Shown here: positions 36,400 to 49,155 of the stretch, piece by piece
Layout: each line of letters starts with the position of its first letter
Position numbering within the stretch: position 1 is the first letter of the stretch
Origin: Mobula birostris
Taxonomy: Eukaryota
Assembly (NCBI RefSeq): GCF_030028105.1
Contig: NC_092379.1
Coordinates: forward strand, 27,955,821 to 28,019,820
DNA length: 64,000 nt
Direction of reading: 5' to 3'
The notes under the pieces: generated by a model
What the model was told of the DNA's origin: nothing
Database searches by the model: none
Seen by the model: the letters and a program-made list of their open reading frames with translations, nothing else
Position numbers and translations under genes: made by a program

Positions 36400-37044
36400 G
36401 ATTTATCTTGTTTGCTCCTGTTTATTGTTACATGGAACTCAGTCATCCTTCACTTCTTAACACCCTATACACAAACAATTACCACTTTCATGAACCGGAT
36501 TAATTAGTAAATTATTCAGAGAAAACTACTTTCTTAGTCAGCATGTGAACACCTTTAAATATTCCGCACCATGCTGCTTGCTCATGTCTGCTTTTCAGAT
36601 CAATTCTGGTGTCTCCACGATCTGGAGGAAATCTATATCAGAGTAGAACAACGACTGATATTAATCTTTTTTCGGCACCAACGCTTCTTTACGCTCCCAT
36701 TTACTCTGCCCGCACCCTCTGCTCCGATGAGCAAGCAGGATTTGTTGACAGTCTTCTCAACGCGAATTGTCGGCTGCCCGCATTACTACACCTCTGGCTG
36801 GCCCTGCGCTGTTAATATTCACTCACAAATTATTTGACGCCTCTGTTCTGTACTTCTGCGATCGTCTCTGCAAAATTGCATTTCCTTGCACTGTTTCTGA
36901 ACGCCTTTTGTTTTCTATAACGTATTTCCGAGAATTAACACTCTGCGTTGCCTGTTGTGATTGGTCGGTTTGGCCAAGGAAAATGTATTTCTTCTCAGGC
37001 AATCAGTCTGTACCCTGTGGCACGAAAGGACAGACTCAAATAGA

Positions 37045-37514
37045 ATGACTATGAAGAACTATCTCATGCCGCTACCCTTATTCTGTTTCTTCTAGGTAAG
37101 TTATTCCAGAACACGCTACTCCTCTGTAAGCGCGTTTTTTTTTAATATATATTGATGCAACCATGTTGTTTGAAATAAAGCTTATTATCTAATATTTATT
37201 TTACTGTTAGACCGGAACCTTCAAGACTTAGTGGAGCAGTCAGTGGATGCAATGACATTCGAAGAAGAAAGTAATATTACTCTAAACTGTACTTTACAAA
37301 CAAGCATTGTAATGCTGAACATTTTCTGGTACAGGCAGCGCACCGGACAACGACCACAGTACTTGATTCGGATTATCGTGGGGAGAGAACACCTAAATAA
37401 AGATATAACCAAACGATTATTTATTATCTTGTGATAAATGTAAAAATAATAGCGAACTATCGATTAACATCGCCATCATCACTGACTCAGCCACGTACCT
37501 AGGTGCGATTAGCG
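37045..37514 (+). pseudogene. TRAV: TRAV pseudogene V5
   Basis: 1-nt deletion in the leader gives TAG at 37093-37095; V exon (from 37211) frameshifts to TGA at 37432-37434; second Cys lost (TAC CTA GGT). Confidence 0.9.
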
Positions 37515-37553
37515 CACGGCGCTGAATAAACTCAATTATCTCGAACAAAAATC
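37515..37553 (+). other. Variant 23-RSS of V5
   Basis: CACGGCG + 23 nt + ACAAAAATC. Confidence 0.85.
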
Positions 37554-37577
37554 CTCTTTCACAATTTCCTCGAGAGC

Positions 37578-37591
37578 TCGATGGAGGGCCA
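37578..37591 (+). promoter_or_regulatory. Decayed forward CTCF-like motif (V5)
   Basis: TCGATGGAGGGCCA, 24 bp after the nonamer, two substitutions relative to the other copies. Confidence 0.4.
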
Positions 37592-40500
37592 CCAAATCAA
37601 GGTTAACGTACATGCTAAAGGAAGCTGAATCCAATGTTTTCATACAATGCCGTAGTCAGTTACTGTTACCAGTAACGCATCCCCGCAGCTGCTGACGTAG
37701 AAGTTTTTGATAATCGATGACTATAATTGTGAATAAAAAACAGTTCATTGTAAGGGATTACTCTGTGTTACTTAATTTATCTGAATATTCACCATTCAAA
37801 TCTGCAACGGTAAAAACATCTGTACGGATACATTATTCATTTTGAGGGTTGCCTTGAAATAGAAAAGGACCAAACTTTGGCACATAAACCGCACATATCC
37901 CAATCAACAATATACTTTAAAATGCAGAAGAATCCATTGTTTAGGGAATCGCTCAGAAGAAATCATATGGCTTTTTATTTCTATCAAAGATTTGATTGGA
38001 GTTTGCAGGTTTTTGAGCTGAATGTCGTTGATTTTTATTACCACATGAGTTTCCTACCTGTCAGCCCTAGCGTCAGATTGTTTCCAATATAAATAAACAC
38101 AGTGTAATTGAATTCTCTTATTTTTTTTCTTTCAAAAGTTATAACTAGTGGAGATTCCGTGTCACGACCATTGTGTTTACCGACAGTTTTAAATTGGCGG
38201 TCATTCAAATAAGATAAAGGTCTCAATATATTTGGATTGACCACATCTCCAAGTCAAGGCATTGTACAATTGGCAATATGTATGGCGTGCAAACAATGCG
38301 TCTTCACTGAGTGGAGCTTTGTAATTGTGTTCGCAACACTGACCGCAAAAGTCTCAAAACCAATTAACATTCAAGGTTTAGATTGTGGTATGGCTAACAA
38401 GATTATTGAATGAACTCACAGCTCTTACAAACTGAAATCGCTCCACTGCATATGGACGATCATTGCCATTAATATATCAGTTGAAAGAAAAGTGCATATT
38501 CACATTTCATGACATGTCATCTGATCTGTCCTAAAGTCGGTCCAGCTGTGTACTGTTGTTCAATTGGAGATTTTACCCGTAGACGAGAAGACACTGTACT
38601 GGATTTTCGATGAATTCCATAATTCATCTTCATCTAGAAGATGGTCCTATTCCTGTACTCTCAATTTGTCTAAATTTCGTGACATGATTAATAAATTACA
38701 TTTAACCTGAATCAAGTATATTCTACTGGAAAGCTGTATTTTGGGCACGGGGAATATTCAGCACTACGCAATATAAAGGTCTTCATTCCAATGCTGGAAT
38801 TAAAGATTAAAGACTTAGCTTTTCCTCATTGTTCAAAATTTTTTTAAAAACTTGATTATTTATGCAGAATGTTAATAACTTTCTTAAAGTTCTATCACGT
38901 AAGTTCAATTTGCATTCCATGTCTGCAGCGTTTGGCTCAGCGAATTAGCAGATGCTTCTCACAGTCTTCCTCCTCCTCCAGTCCTGTCATTACTGAGATC
39001 GATTTTCCAATTATCGCCCTTATATAAGTTCACTATACGGTGCGGGTCTGACCGTTGCAACGGTTGTGCTCACACTGCACTTGTGTTACATCTCGTCGAA
39101 GTGTTGTTATTGACTTAATATTTAGTGTCTATATGCAATTAATCCACGCATCAAGACCCGAGAAGGTGAAAGGGGACATGCATTTCTTTTTTTTGTTTGT
39201 TTGCATTTCACTTCCCTCAGTGTATTACTCCTACTGTAAAATAAGGCATAAAGTGTAACCTCATGAACTACAGCTTTACTAAGTGCAATATATATTCTCT
39301 TCAAGACGACAACAGTTTAATTTACTGAAGAGATCGAGACTACCCTTGAAGTACGATTATGTGAATGTTACTATTGCTGAGATAACAGTGACGTATTAAA
39401 TTGAAGCAATAATGCCGATAGAATTATAATGTATATATATTGTAGATTTCGACTCGGTGCAACAGTCGGTCGTTCAAATGACAGAAATTATTCAGAGAGA
39501 TTACATAATATGAGCTACCGGTTCCATAGTTTGGCTACTACGTGATACAAAATACCAATAGGCCGGTATTAAGAAGTAATGTGCTAAAGATGGCATCTGC
39601 TACTTCTCCGAGCATCCATGCTCTCATTCAATGTAGAACTCAGGAGGCTAACGGGCACGGATTATACTCTGAACATATGGGTTTATAATTATTGAGTGAA
39701 ATCAGACACTACGACAATAATCACTGCATTTAATAGGTGGTGGAGTCTACGGTGGGTTAACCAACAGAATGAAACATCAGAGTAATTTCTATTGTCAATT
39801 ACTGGCGGTTATTCAGTACCAGTTCAAATACGGACTGCCCATTGTGACACCATAAGGCAATTTTCAGAAATGACTGATTTTCTTCATCGCGTGATGTTTT
39901 TGTAGTTAGCTTCTCCGGTGTTTTCAAGGTGTTATGCGTAAATCCACTAACTACGTGGTCGAAATGTTCATGCACTTCATATTTGGAACAGCAGATAAGG
40001 AAAAACATTATCATTTTATCGAAGGCAGCAATTTATATGTTGAAAGCCAGAGGAGCAATTAAAAAAAAAAGTTCAGAGGCTCTGTTCCCTCGTTAGCGCC
40101 CCATGTGATTTTACTGCTGCCGCAGTCAGTTACTACTCTTCTCAACACATGGAATGCATCAGCAAAACGACCGATAGTGAATTACGCCGGATGATCATAT
40201 CCGCTGGCAGTTGTTCTCCACAGGGTAAACACTGGTTGGGTGTTCGGATAATCGCGGAGAAAAAACAAAAGAAATGAAAGGAAAAAAAAATATCACCGCT
40301 GCAAGTGGACCATGATCTAATGAGATTCCTCTTTATCCATGTGAACAATTATTTTTTCATGATTATTGTTTCGGCATTTCTTAGTCCGGTTATATGTTTG
40401 AAATAAGAACAAACAAACACTCCAGCTACTTCTGATACCACACATTTTATGATAAGTCAAAATCTACGTATATCTATCGATCCTTAATTAACATCAGTTT

Positions 40501-40726
40501 GATGTTGAACAACTTAATCATTGGGAATTTTCAACCCAGGTTTATCAGTGAAACAACACTTCATCATATGCGACAGATTTGTTTGTCATCAGTTAAAAGA
40601 GATAAATTGCTTATTTTCAGTTCACTTGACCATTTTAAAAGAGAGAAACTTTAGGAGCACTGAACAGGCGTGGAAGCTTCTGCGAAAATCGAAGAGTGAG
40701 CAATCCCGGTAATTACTTATGCTTTG

Positions 40727-40740
40727 CTGCCATCTGATGG
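40727..40740 (-). promoter_or_regulatory. Orphan reverse CTCF-like motif (second V-less module)
   Basis: Minus strand CCATCAGATGGCAG; downstream sequence ~40830-41250 matches ~35460-35870. Confidence 0.6.
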
Positions 40741-41449
40741 AATATATCTGTATGATTTTTGGCGGTGTTGCATGGAACTCAGGAACTCCTTCACGTCTCA
40801 ATAGCCTATATGGAAAACTTCGGTTTTCAGCTCGGATAATGGCGAAGACAACATAAATTAAAGTAAACACAGCTACAGTGATGGTGTCATTTTTGTCCAT
40901 GTGAGCGATTACTTTTGCAGTGTTATTGATTAGGCATTGCCCAGGCCGGTTATATGGAGAAAATGAGAAAAAAATATCATTCTGTGATGTCACTGCATCG
41001 AATCAGCAGAATTCATTATAAAGAACGGGACAGGACATCTCACATGTCCTGCACAACATATTATTGTTTACTTTATAAGAACAGGTTGACCCCGTTCCCT
41101 TCTCCGTCGGTTTATTCACATCACATGCACGGCATGTGATCAGCATTGAATCAGAACATGATTCAAAATTCTGCTGAGAAAGCTTTTGATTCAGAATATG
41201 ATAATATGCGACATACTGTAACACAAGGCGAAGTGCACTGCACTTGCCAACACCATGCTTTCGAGAAAGTTAGTTTCTTTGTTTTCATTTTCAATATGGT
41301 TATTGATTTCTATTTTGAAGAACCCAGAGACCAGGGGAATACATATTATAAAACAAAAGAAAAAATATTATAATACCAGCTACAGTATATTGAATCACAT
41401 TAACGAAGTCCTTACTCCACATTCACAAAGATTAAATTAACTCGCATAT

Positions 41450-44400
41450 TAGAATATAAACAATTCTATTAAAAAAAGTTCTATACCCACGAATAAAGTT
41501 GAAGCTATTTGGGGAAAAAAAAGAAAAAAAAACAAACCTTATCAGATAATAGGATTAGTTACTATTAGTTGCTATTAACCAACTTCTGTACTTTCACGAG
41601 AAGTCAAAGATGATGAAAGTAATTTAAAAACTGCTCCCACAAATCTCGAAAATCTTGGTTAGATTCAGAAATTAACAACAAACCTTTTCTAAATTTAGGC
41701 ATGCCATAACATCCCGGAACCACTGAGCATGATTAGGCGTAACAGTATCATACAATGTAAACGAAAGCGCCCTCCTAGCCATAAGAGAGATAAAATCCAG
41801 AATGTGCAAATTAGACGTCCTCAAAATGACATATTTCCTTCCAGCAATACCAAATAGTGCAGTCTGTCATAAGGGGGCGGGGGGGGGGGGGCGGTGATGC
41901 GTTGGGACCAGACCCAAATGCAAGATACAGACTCTGAGGTACTAGGAACAGGACCGGACAATAACAGTAGGACGGGCCAGGTCGCATACTAGGAGCTGAG
42001 ACAGGTCGCAGACTAGTCGTTGGGACAGGAACACAGACTATGCTAGGGAAGCAGGACCAGGACGAGGGAATGGGAACAAGGAGATTGGGTGTGATCTCCG
42101 TCCAGAGACCGGACAAGGACCCAAAACCTGGGTCTTGACTCGGGCTCGGACCCCAAAACTAGGCGAGAGCATGACGTGGCAAAGTTCTTGGAGACTAGGC
42201 GAGGACGTGACGAGACTTGGGTTCTTTGAGGCTCAAGTTCATGGAGCCTTGACAAAGACTCGACGGGGCAGGGGTACTTCCAGGCAACTCCTGGGCAGGA
42301 CGCGTGACTCTACCCCACCGAGGCAAGGACAGGGAGGTACAGACCCAACCTCAGGGTATGGACAAACTGCCTGGCTTACCCAACGGAGGCAAGGGACAGG
42401 ATGTGAAGACACAACCGCAGGGTAACGACAATTGGCCTGGCTTACCCGACGGAGGCAAAGGACAGAAAGGGAGCTAGGTCCAGGGTCGCTCCAGGACTCG
42501 AGGCGGCCGGTTATCTCGGCGGGCTACGGAACAGCCAAATCCATATCTCGATAACTGCGCAAGCCTTCCACCGGTGGACTGCTCCAAGGGGAAATTGACG
42601 AGGCAAGGCGAGGCAAGGCTGCAGACAAGGCAAGGCGAGGCAAGGCTTCAGACGGGGCATGGCAAGGCAAGGCAAGGCAAGGCTTCAGAAGAGGCAAGGC
42701 TTCAGACGAGGCAAGGCGAGGCAAGGTTTCAGGCAGTGGCTGCAGTCAAGGTTTCAGGAGGAAAGTGAACTGAAGGGATTGTTTGGACAGCAACAATCCA
42801 GCACCCAGAGGCTGAATCCTGAATATTTATGAAACCAGCCCAAACGAGAATCAGCTGCCCTAACAAGACCTTCGGAACACCAGAAAACCTGGCATAAGGA
42901 GCGTGGACCGGACAGTGAACCGAAATGCGGTTTCCCCGTAGCGGACCATGACACAGTCAAAGGATTTGGCTTAAAATTTACTTTAATGAGTACAGGATAA
43001 TTTTGGAATACTTCCTTCCAATATTTTCAAAGACATGGACATGTCCAAAAATATGAATAAATGAAGCTTCTCCATTGTTAAACCTATCATAGTAGGGAGA
43101 TATATCCATGTAAAAACGAGATTACTTATCCTTGGCCATATAGGCCTTATGAATTGTAGGAAGGAATGAGGAGCACATAACGATGAAGTACTAACTAATT
43201 TAAAAATATCTTTACAAGTTTCTTCAGAAATTGAAGTCTGTAAATCTTGTTTCCAAAGATTTTTGATTCTGTCCAAAGAATCATTTCTCATTCCCAATAC
43301 GATATAACAAATATTGGATATTGAAGCATTTTGAAGCGATTTCATATCAAGAATTTCATCTAATACGTCCTTATCAGAACGATTAAGAAATGTATATGCA
43401 AACGTTTGTAATTGAGATCGCAGAAAATCTCTAATTTGCAATTACCGAAGGAAATGGGTCATTGGTAAACTATAATTAGTTGACAATTGTTCGAATGAAG
43501 AAAGTCTTCCTACACAAACATATCCCGGAAACATGTAATGCCCGATTCTTCACATCGGGAACCTCAGTAAACCATTTTTTTTTCTAAATCGTATCCAAAT
43601 CCTTAAAGTATGTTTGACTACCACATTTTCAGTTATTATTCTTAAGGATAAAGGAAGTGAAGATCCCAAAAGAGAGATAATAGAACATTTATTAACCGAG
43701 TTAGCTTCTAAGGAAACCCACCCGGGACAGTCCTCATGATTAACATAGTATAACCAAAACGTGAAATTCCGTATATTAGCTGACCGGTAATAAAACCTAA
43801 AATTTGGTACAGCTATACCTCCATTCTTTTTAACTTTCTGGAGATGGAATTTGACCAATTGAGGATGCTTATTTTTCCATATATAGGATGATAAAATAGA
43901 GTCCAGATAGTCAAAAAAAAAGGATTTCGGAATATAAACGGGTAAAGCCTGAAAAATGTATTTAAATGTAGGTAAAACATTTGTTTTAATAGACTTAAAT
44001 TAATTCGACCAACCAATGATAACGAAAGGGGCGACCGTTTGATAATGTTCTTGTTATATCATTTAATAAAGAAAACAAACTTTAAATAGGTATTTATAAT
44101 GCTTTGTAATTGTTACACCCAAATATGTGAATTGGTTTCTTACAATTTTAAAATGGAGATTATTATCAGTTAATACCAAATTGTTCAAAGAACGAAGCTC
44201 ACTCTTGTGAAGTTTCAGTTTATATCCAGAAAACTGACTAAAACAAGAGAGTAAAGAGAGCACAGAAGGTAACGAAGTTTTGACATTAGAAATATAAAGC
44301 AATAAGTCATCCGCACAAAATGAAACTTTGTGGATAGTACCGTTCCGTAAAATACCAGTGATATTGTATCATTAGATTCTCTAAAAGCAGCAGGTAAAGG

Positions 44401-44770
44401 TTCTAAAACCAGGTCGAAGAGCAAAGAACTCAAATGGCAAACTTGTCTGGTTCCACGTCCAGGGTTAAATGCTTTAGAATTCTCAGAATTAGCAATAATC
44501 CGAGCAAAAGGAGGTAAGTACAGTAGCTTAATCCATTGAAAAAAGTTGGAACCAAAATTATTTTTTTTTCCAAAATTTTAACTCAATAATGCCATTCAAA
44601 CAGATCCAAAGCCCTCTCCGCGTCTAAGGATATCACACATTCCGATATCTCCTTACAAGGAGAACAGATAACATATAATAACCGACGAATATTAAAAAAA
44701 AGATTATCTATTTTTAATAAAATCAGTCTGATCGCCAAAAATGATACGTGGTAAGATACTTTGCATCCTG
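41450..44770 (-). mobile_element. L1-clade LINE ORF2 (RT to C-terminus), 5'-truncated, decayed, split by a solo LTR
   Basis: ILPRII..DQT, SLLFDLVLEP, FCADDLLLYI, FSGYKL, GGIAVPNFRFYY, IHIFWTCP, LKPNPLTALFG, AQWFRDVMACLNLEK. Confidence 0.85.
41865..42953. mobile_element. Solo LTR (1089 bp) with 5-bp TSD
   Basis: Starts TGTCAT, ends ATGACA (6-bp terminal inverted repeat); CAGTC at 41860-41864 and 42954-42958; removing it restores L1 LKPNPLT/ALFG; internal (GAGGC/AAGGC)n array at ~42598-42730. Confidence 0.88.
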
Positions 44771-45137
44771 GGTGCGTGACAATTTCATATAAATTAGGCT
44801 GGGAATTTCCTGATTAATCTCAACATTCTTCAAAAGGAAATGCTGTTTTATATCCGGATATATGTAGGTACGTATACCCTCCGATCCTTTCTGTACATTA
44901 GCTTGATGTTGAACAACTTGATTTTCCGCAGTTTTCAGTCCATCTTCCCCAGAAAACGCCAGTACATCAAATGCGAGACAGTAGTTTGTCAGCAGTTAGG
45001 GAGATAAATTGCTTGTTTTCAGTTCACATGACAATTATTAAAAAAATACAGATACGCTGGGAACGCCCAACTGGCGTGGAAGATTCTGTGAAAATCAAGG
45101 AATAAACGGTTCTGGTGAGCAAATTACTTAAGCTTTG

Positions 45138-45151
45138 CTGCCATCTGCTGG
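45138..45151 (-). promoter_or_regulatory. Reverse CTCF-like motif upstream of V6
   Basis: Minus strand CCAGCAGATGGCAG (full consensus), ~645 bp upstream of the leader. Confidence 0.72.
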
Positions 45152-45790
45152 AATTTATTTTCGTTGTTCCTGGCGGTGTTACATGAAACTCAGGACTTCT
45201 TTATATCTTAACAGCCGATATGCAAACAATTACCACTGCCATAAATCGAATTAATTGGTAAATTATTAAGAGAAAAGCTACTTCCTTAGGCAGCATGCGA
45301 ACACATTTAAATATCGTGCTCCATGCTGCTTGCTCATCTTTGCTTTTCAGATCAATTCTGGTGTCACTACGTTCTGGAGGAAATCCACATCAGAGAAGAA
45401 TACCGACTGATATTGTATAGTTTTCTGAACCAACGCTTCTTAACGCTCCCACTTATTCTGCTCGCTCCCTGGGCTCCGATGAGCAAGCAGAATTCGTTGG
45501 GTCTTCTCCACGTGAATTCCCGGCTGCCCCGCATTCCTTCGCCTCTGGCTGACCCTGCACTGCTAATTTGACGCTTTTGTTCTGTACCTCTGCGATCGCC
45601 TCGGGAAAAAAAAAATAAAAAAAAACATTTCCTGCACTGCTTCTGAACGCCTTTTTTTTTTCTGTTGTGTCTTTCGAGATTTAGTACAATGCATTCCCTC
45701 CTGTGATTGGTCGGTATGGCCCAGGAATTTGTATTTCTCCTCAGGCAAAGAGTTTCCACTCTGTGGCACAAGAGGACAGACTCAAACAGA

Positions 45791-46275
45791 ATGATTATGA
45801 AAAACAGTTTCACGCCGGTCCTAATTATTGTGTTTCTTCTTGGTAAGATGTTTATTCTCCGAACTATTCCAGAGCACGCTAATCATCTGTAATCGCGTTC
45901 TTTTTTTTTAATATTTATGTAACCATGTTTGAAGTAGAGGTTATTATCTATTATTCATTTTACTTTTAGACTGGAGCCTTGAAGACTCAGTGGAACAGTG
46001 TGTGGATGCAATGACGTTCGAAGAAGAAAATAATATTACGCTAGAACTGTACTTTGCAAACATGCTCTGCAACCCCGAATGTTTTCTGGTATAGGCAGCG
46101 CACCAGACAGCAACCACAGTACTCGATTAGGATTGTAGCAGGGAAAGTATACTCAAGTGAGGATATAACCAACCGATTATTTGCTTCCTATGACAAAAGT
46201 AAAAAAAAAATAGCGAACTGTCGATTAACAACATTATCATCTCTGACTCAGCCACGTATCCCTGTGCGATGAGCA
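45791..46275 (+). pseudogene. TRAV: TRAV pseudogene V6
   Basis: Leader 45791/45797-45842 intact; +1 insertion before the first Cys (CTAGAACTGT), poly-A slippage at 46201-46210, ends YPCAMS. Confidence 0.9.
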
Positions 46276-46319
46276 CAAGGTGCTGAAAAAAAACAACTCA
46301 ATTTCTTCGAACAAAAATC
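46276..46319 (+). other. Inactivated RSS of V6
   Basis: CAAGGTG + 28-nt spacer (A-run expansion) + ACAAAAATC. Confidence 0.8.
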
Positions 46320-46343
46320 CTCTTTCACAGACTCGTCGAGAGC

Positions 46344-46357
46344 TCGATAGAGGGCGA
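46344..46357 (+). promoter_or_regulatory. Forward RSS-proximal CTCF-like motif (V6)
   Basis: TCGATAGAGGGCGA, 24 bp after the nonamer. Confidence 0.62.
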
Positions 46358-47825
46358 CCAAATCAAGGTGAACGTAAATGCTAACTGAAGCTTAAAGACT
46401 TAATCCAATATTTTCATTTGATGCCGTAGTCAGTTACTGTGACCACTGACGTGTCCACTTCGCAGTTGACATGGAAGTTTTTGATCATCGATTACTATAG
46501 CTGTGATCAAAAACAGTTCATCGTAAGTGATTCCTCTGTGTTACTTAACTTATCTAAATATCCAACATTCACATCTGAAGCTGCACAAACATCTGTACGG
46601 ATACATGAATGCTTGTGTGGGCTCCTTTAAAATAGAAAAAGACCAAACTTTGGCAGAAAAATCGCACATGTCCCAATCAACAATATACTTCAAAATGCTG
46701 CAGAAGCTATCGTTTAGAGAACTCGCTCAGGAGCAATTACATGAATTTTGATTTCTGTTAAAGATTTGATCGCAGTTTGCTGGATTGCTGTGCTGAATGT
46801 CGTTGATTTTTATTACCACATGAGATTCTTACCTGTTTAAGCCCCAGCGGAAGATTGTTTCCCACCTAAATAAATACACTGTAATTGGATTCACGTTTTT
46901 TTTTCCCAAAAGTTATAACTAGCGGAGATTCCGTGTCACAATCCACAGTGTTTACCGATGATTTTCAGATAGCTGTCATACAAATAAGATGCAGGTCGCA
47001 ATATATTTGGAGTGAGGACATCTGTAAGTCAGATCATTTTACAATTTGCAATATGAATGTTTTGAAACAACGTGTCTTGATTGAGTGGAGCATTGTACTT
47101 GTATTCACAACACTTACCGAAAGAGTCTCAAAACCACTTGACATTCACGTTTTAGATCGTGGTCAGACTATCAAGATTATTGAACATTTTGATTGAACTG
47201 ACAGCGTTTACCGGCTGAAATCGCTTTACTGGATATGGACAATCATTGCCATTAATATCTCAGTTGAAAGTAAAGTTCATTTTCACATTTCATGACACGT
47301 CCTCTCTTATGTCCGAAAATCGTTCCATCTGTGTGCTGTTGTTCAATTGCCAATTTTACCCTCTGATGAGAAGAAACGGCATTGGATCTTTCGATTAATT
47401 CCATAATTCGTCTTCAGCTAGCAGAGGGTCCTATCCCTGTACCCTCAATTTGACTAAATTTCGTGACATTGGTAATAAACACAATTTATCCTGAATCAAG
47501 TACTTCCAGCTGGAAAGCTGTATTTTGGGTACTGGGAATATAACCACTATGTAATCGTAACGCTCAGCTATATTGGATCGTACTTATCTAGGGGAGACCC
47601 CGTCCCCCGCCCAACCTTATCTCACGGTTGCGTCGGTTGCTGTGCAAAACCACCTGATACGGCCATCAAACATCAATCATCACCAGCACACAATGCACAT
47701 TTTACAAATTACTCTTTATAAATCTTACTTGGAAAAGGAGATTAATAGAGATAGAATACAATAGGGAATGAATGAAAAATAATGTGCCAGACTTATCAAA
47801 GTTCTGTTCCTTCGTGTAAAAAAAA

Positions 47826-48690
47826 ATGATGAAACAATGTACAGGGAGGAGGTCAAACACCCAGACAGCTGGTGCAGGTTAACAACTTGATGCTTAGTGT
47901 CACCAAAACCAAGGAGATGATCGTCGATTTCAGACGGTCTCAGCCTGAGCACACACCCCTCAGCATCAGCAGCTCCACAGTGGAGAGAATGGAAATCATC
48001 AAGTTCCTTGGGGTGCAGATTTCGGACAATATCACCCGGTCCAGGAACACCACTGTGATTGTGAAACGGGCCTGGCAGAGATTGCACTTTCTGAGCAAGC
48101 CTAAACAAGCATCACTCCCCCAAAACATCTTAACTACATTCTACAGAGGCGTGGTTGAGAGTGTGCTGACCTTTTGCATCACAACCTGGTACTCCAGCTG
48201 CAGTGCTGCCGACAAAAAAGCCTTGCAGAGAGTGGCTAGGGGAGCAGAGAAGGTTATTGGGGACCCCTACCTTCTGTCCAAGACCTCTTTCAGAGTCGAT
48301 GCCTCCAGAAGACACTGTACATCATAAAAGACCCCTCACATCCTTTCCACGAACTGTTTGCTCTTCTGCCATCAGGCAAACGTTACAGGAGCATCAAAAC
48401 TAAAGCCACAAGGCTGCTAAACAGCTTCCTCCCACAGACAGTCAGACTGCTAAATAGCTGCTCTACCTGACTCTGCTTTGGACACTTTTACCTTGCACTG
48501 GACACTTATAGCTTGATTTTAACTGATATGCGGCTGTTGTGTTTTACTAACTATTGTTTTGTATATTATTTAGTGCCGCTTTGGCTATGTTATGATTGCA
48601 CTGCTCCTGAAAAACGCTGTCTTATTCTGCCCTGCAGAGCTGATGTACGGTTAGAATGACAATAAAGTTTTTTCAATCTTTGAATCTTTG
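47826..48690 (+). mobile_element. Rex1/Babar LINE 3' portion
   Basis: NNLMLSVTKTKEMIVDFRR..KFLGVQI..FYRGVVESVLTFCITTWY..KALQRV; 3' UTR with AATAAA and (TCTTTGAA)n tail. Confidence 0.88.
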
Positions 48691-49155
48691 AATGTAAACA
48701 GTTGGATTTCGGGACCTTCCGTCTTCCCTTGCGATCTGCTCCGATCCCACGGATCGTAGCTCGGGACCACCCGAAGTGATCGACCATAGCAGTCCCAACA
48801 CGTCTGTCTTCCTACCGGTCGCTCCTCCAACTCCCTGCCAAAACCCCTTTTTCGCAGCAATATGAGACAGCGTATCAATCCAAAAGAAGAATAACATGGA
48901 CACCGATTGGTTCATTCGCTCTCTTATCCTAAAATAACCCAAACAATCGCCAGCGAGAGAACCTTCTCAGCATTTAATATAAAATATTAACATAACAAAT
49001 AGGCCATTTTTTTTTTCAACATACGCAGTAACATAAAAGACGAAACCCCTTACATAATATAAAGCACATCATTCCAATCCTGGAATTAAAGATTAAAGAC
49101 GCAGCTTTTTCTCAGTGTTCGCAATAAAAGAAACAGTTCATTATTTATGGAGAAT

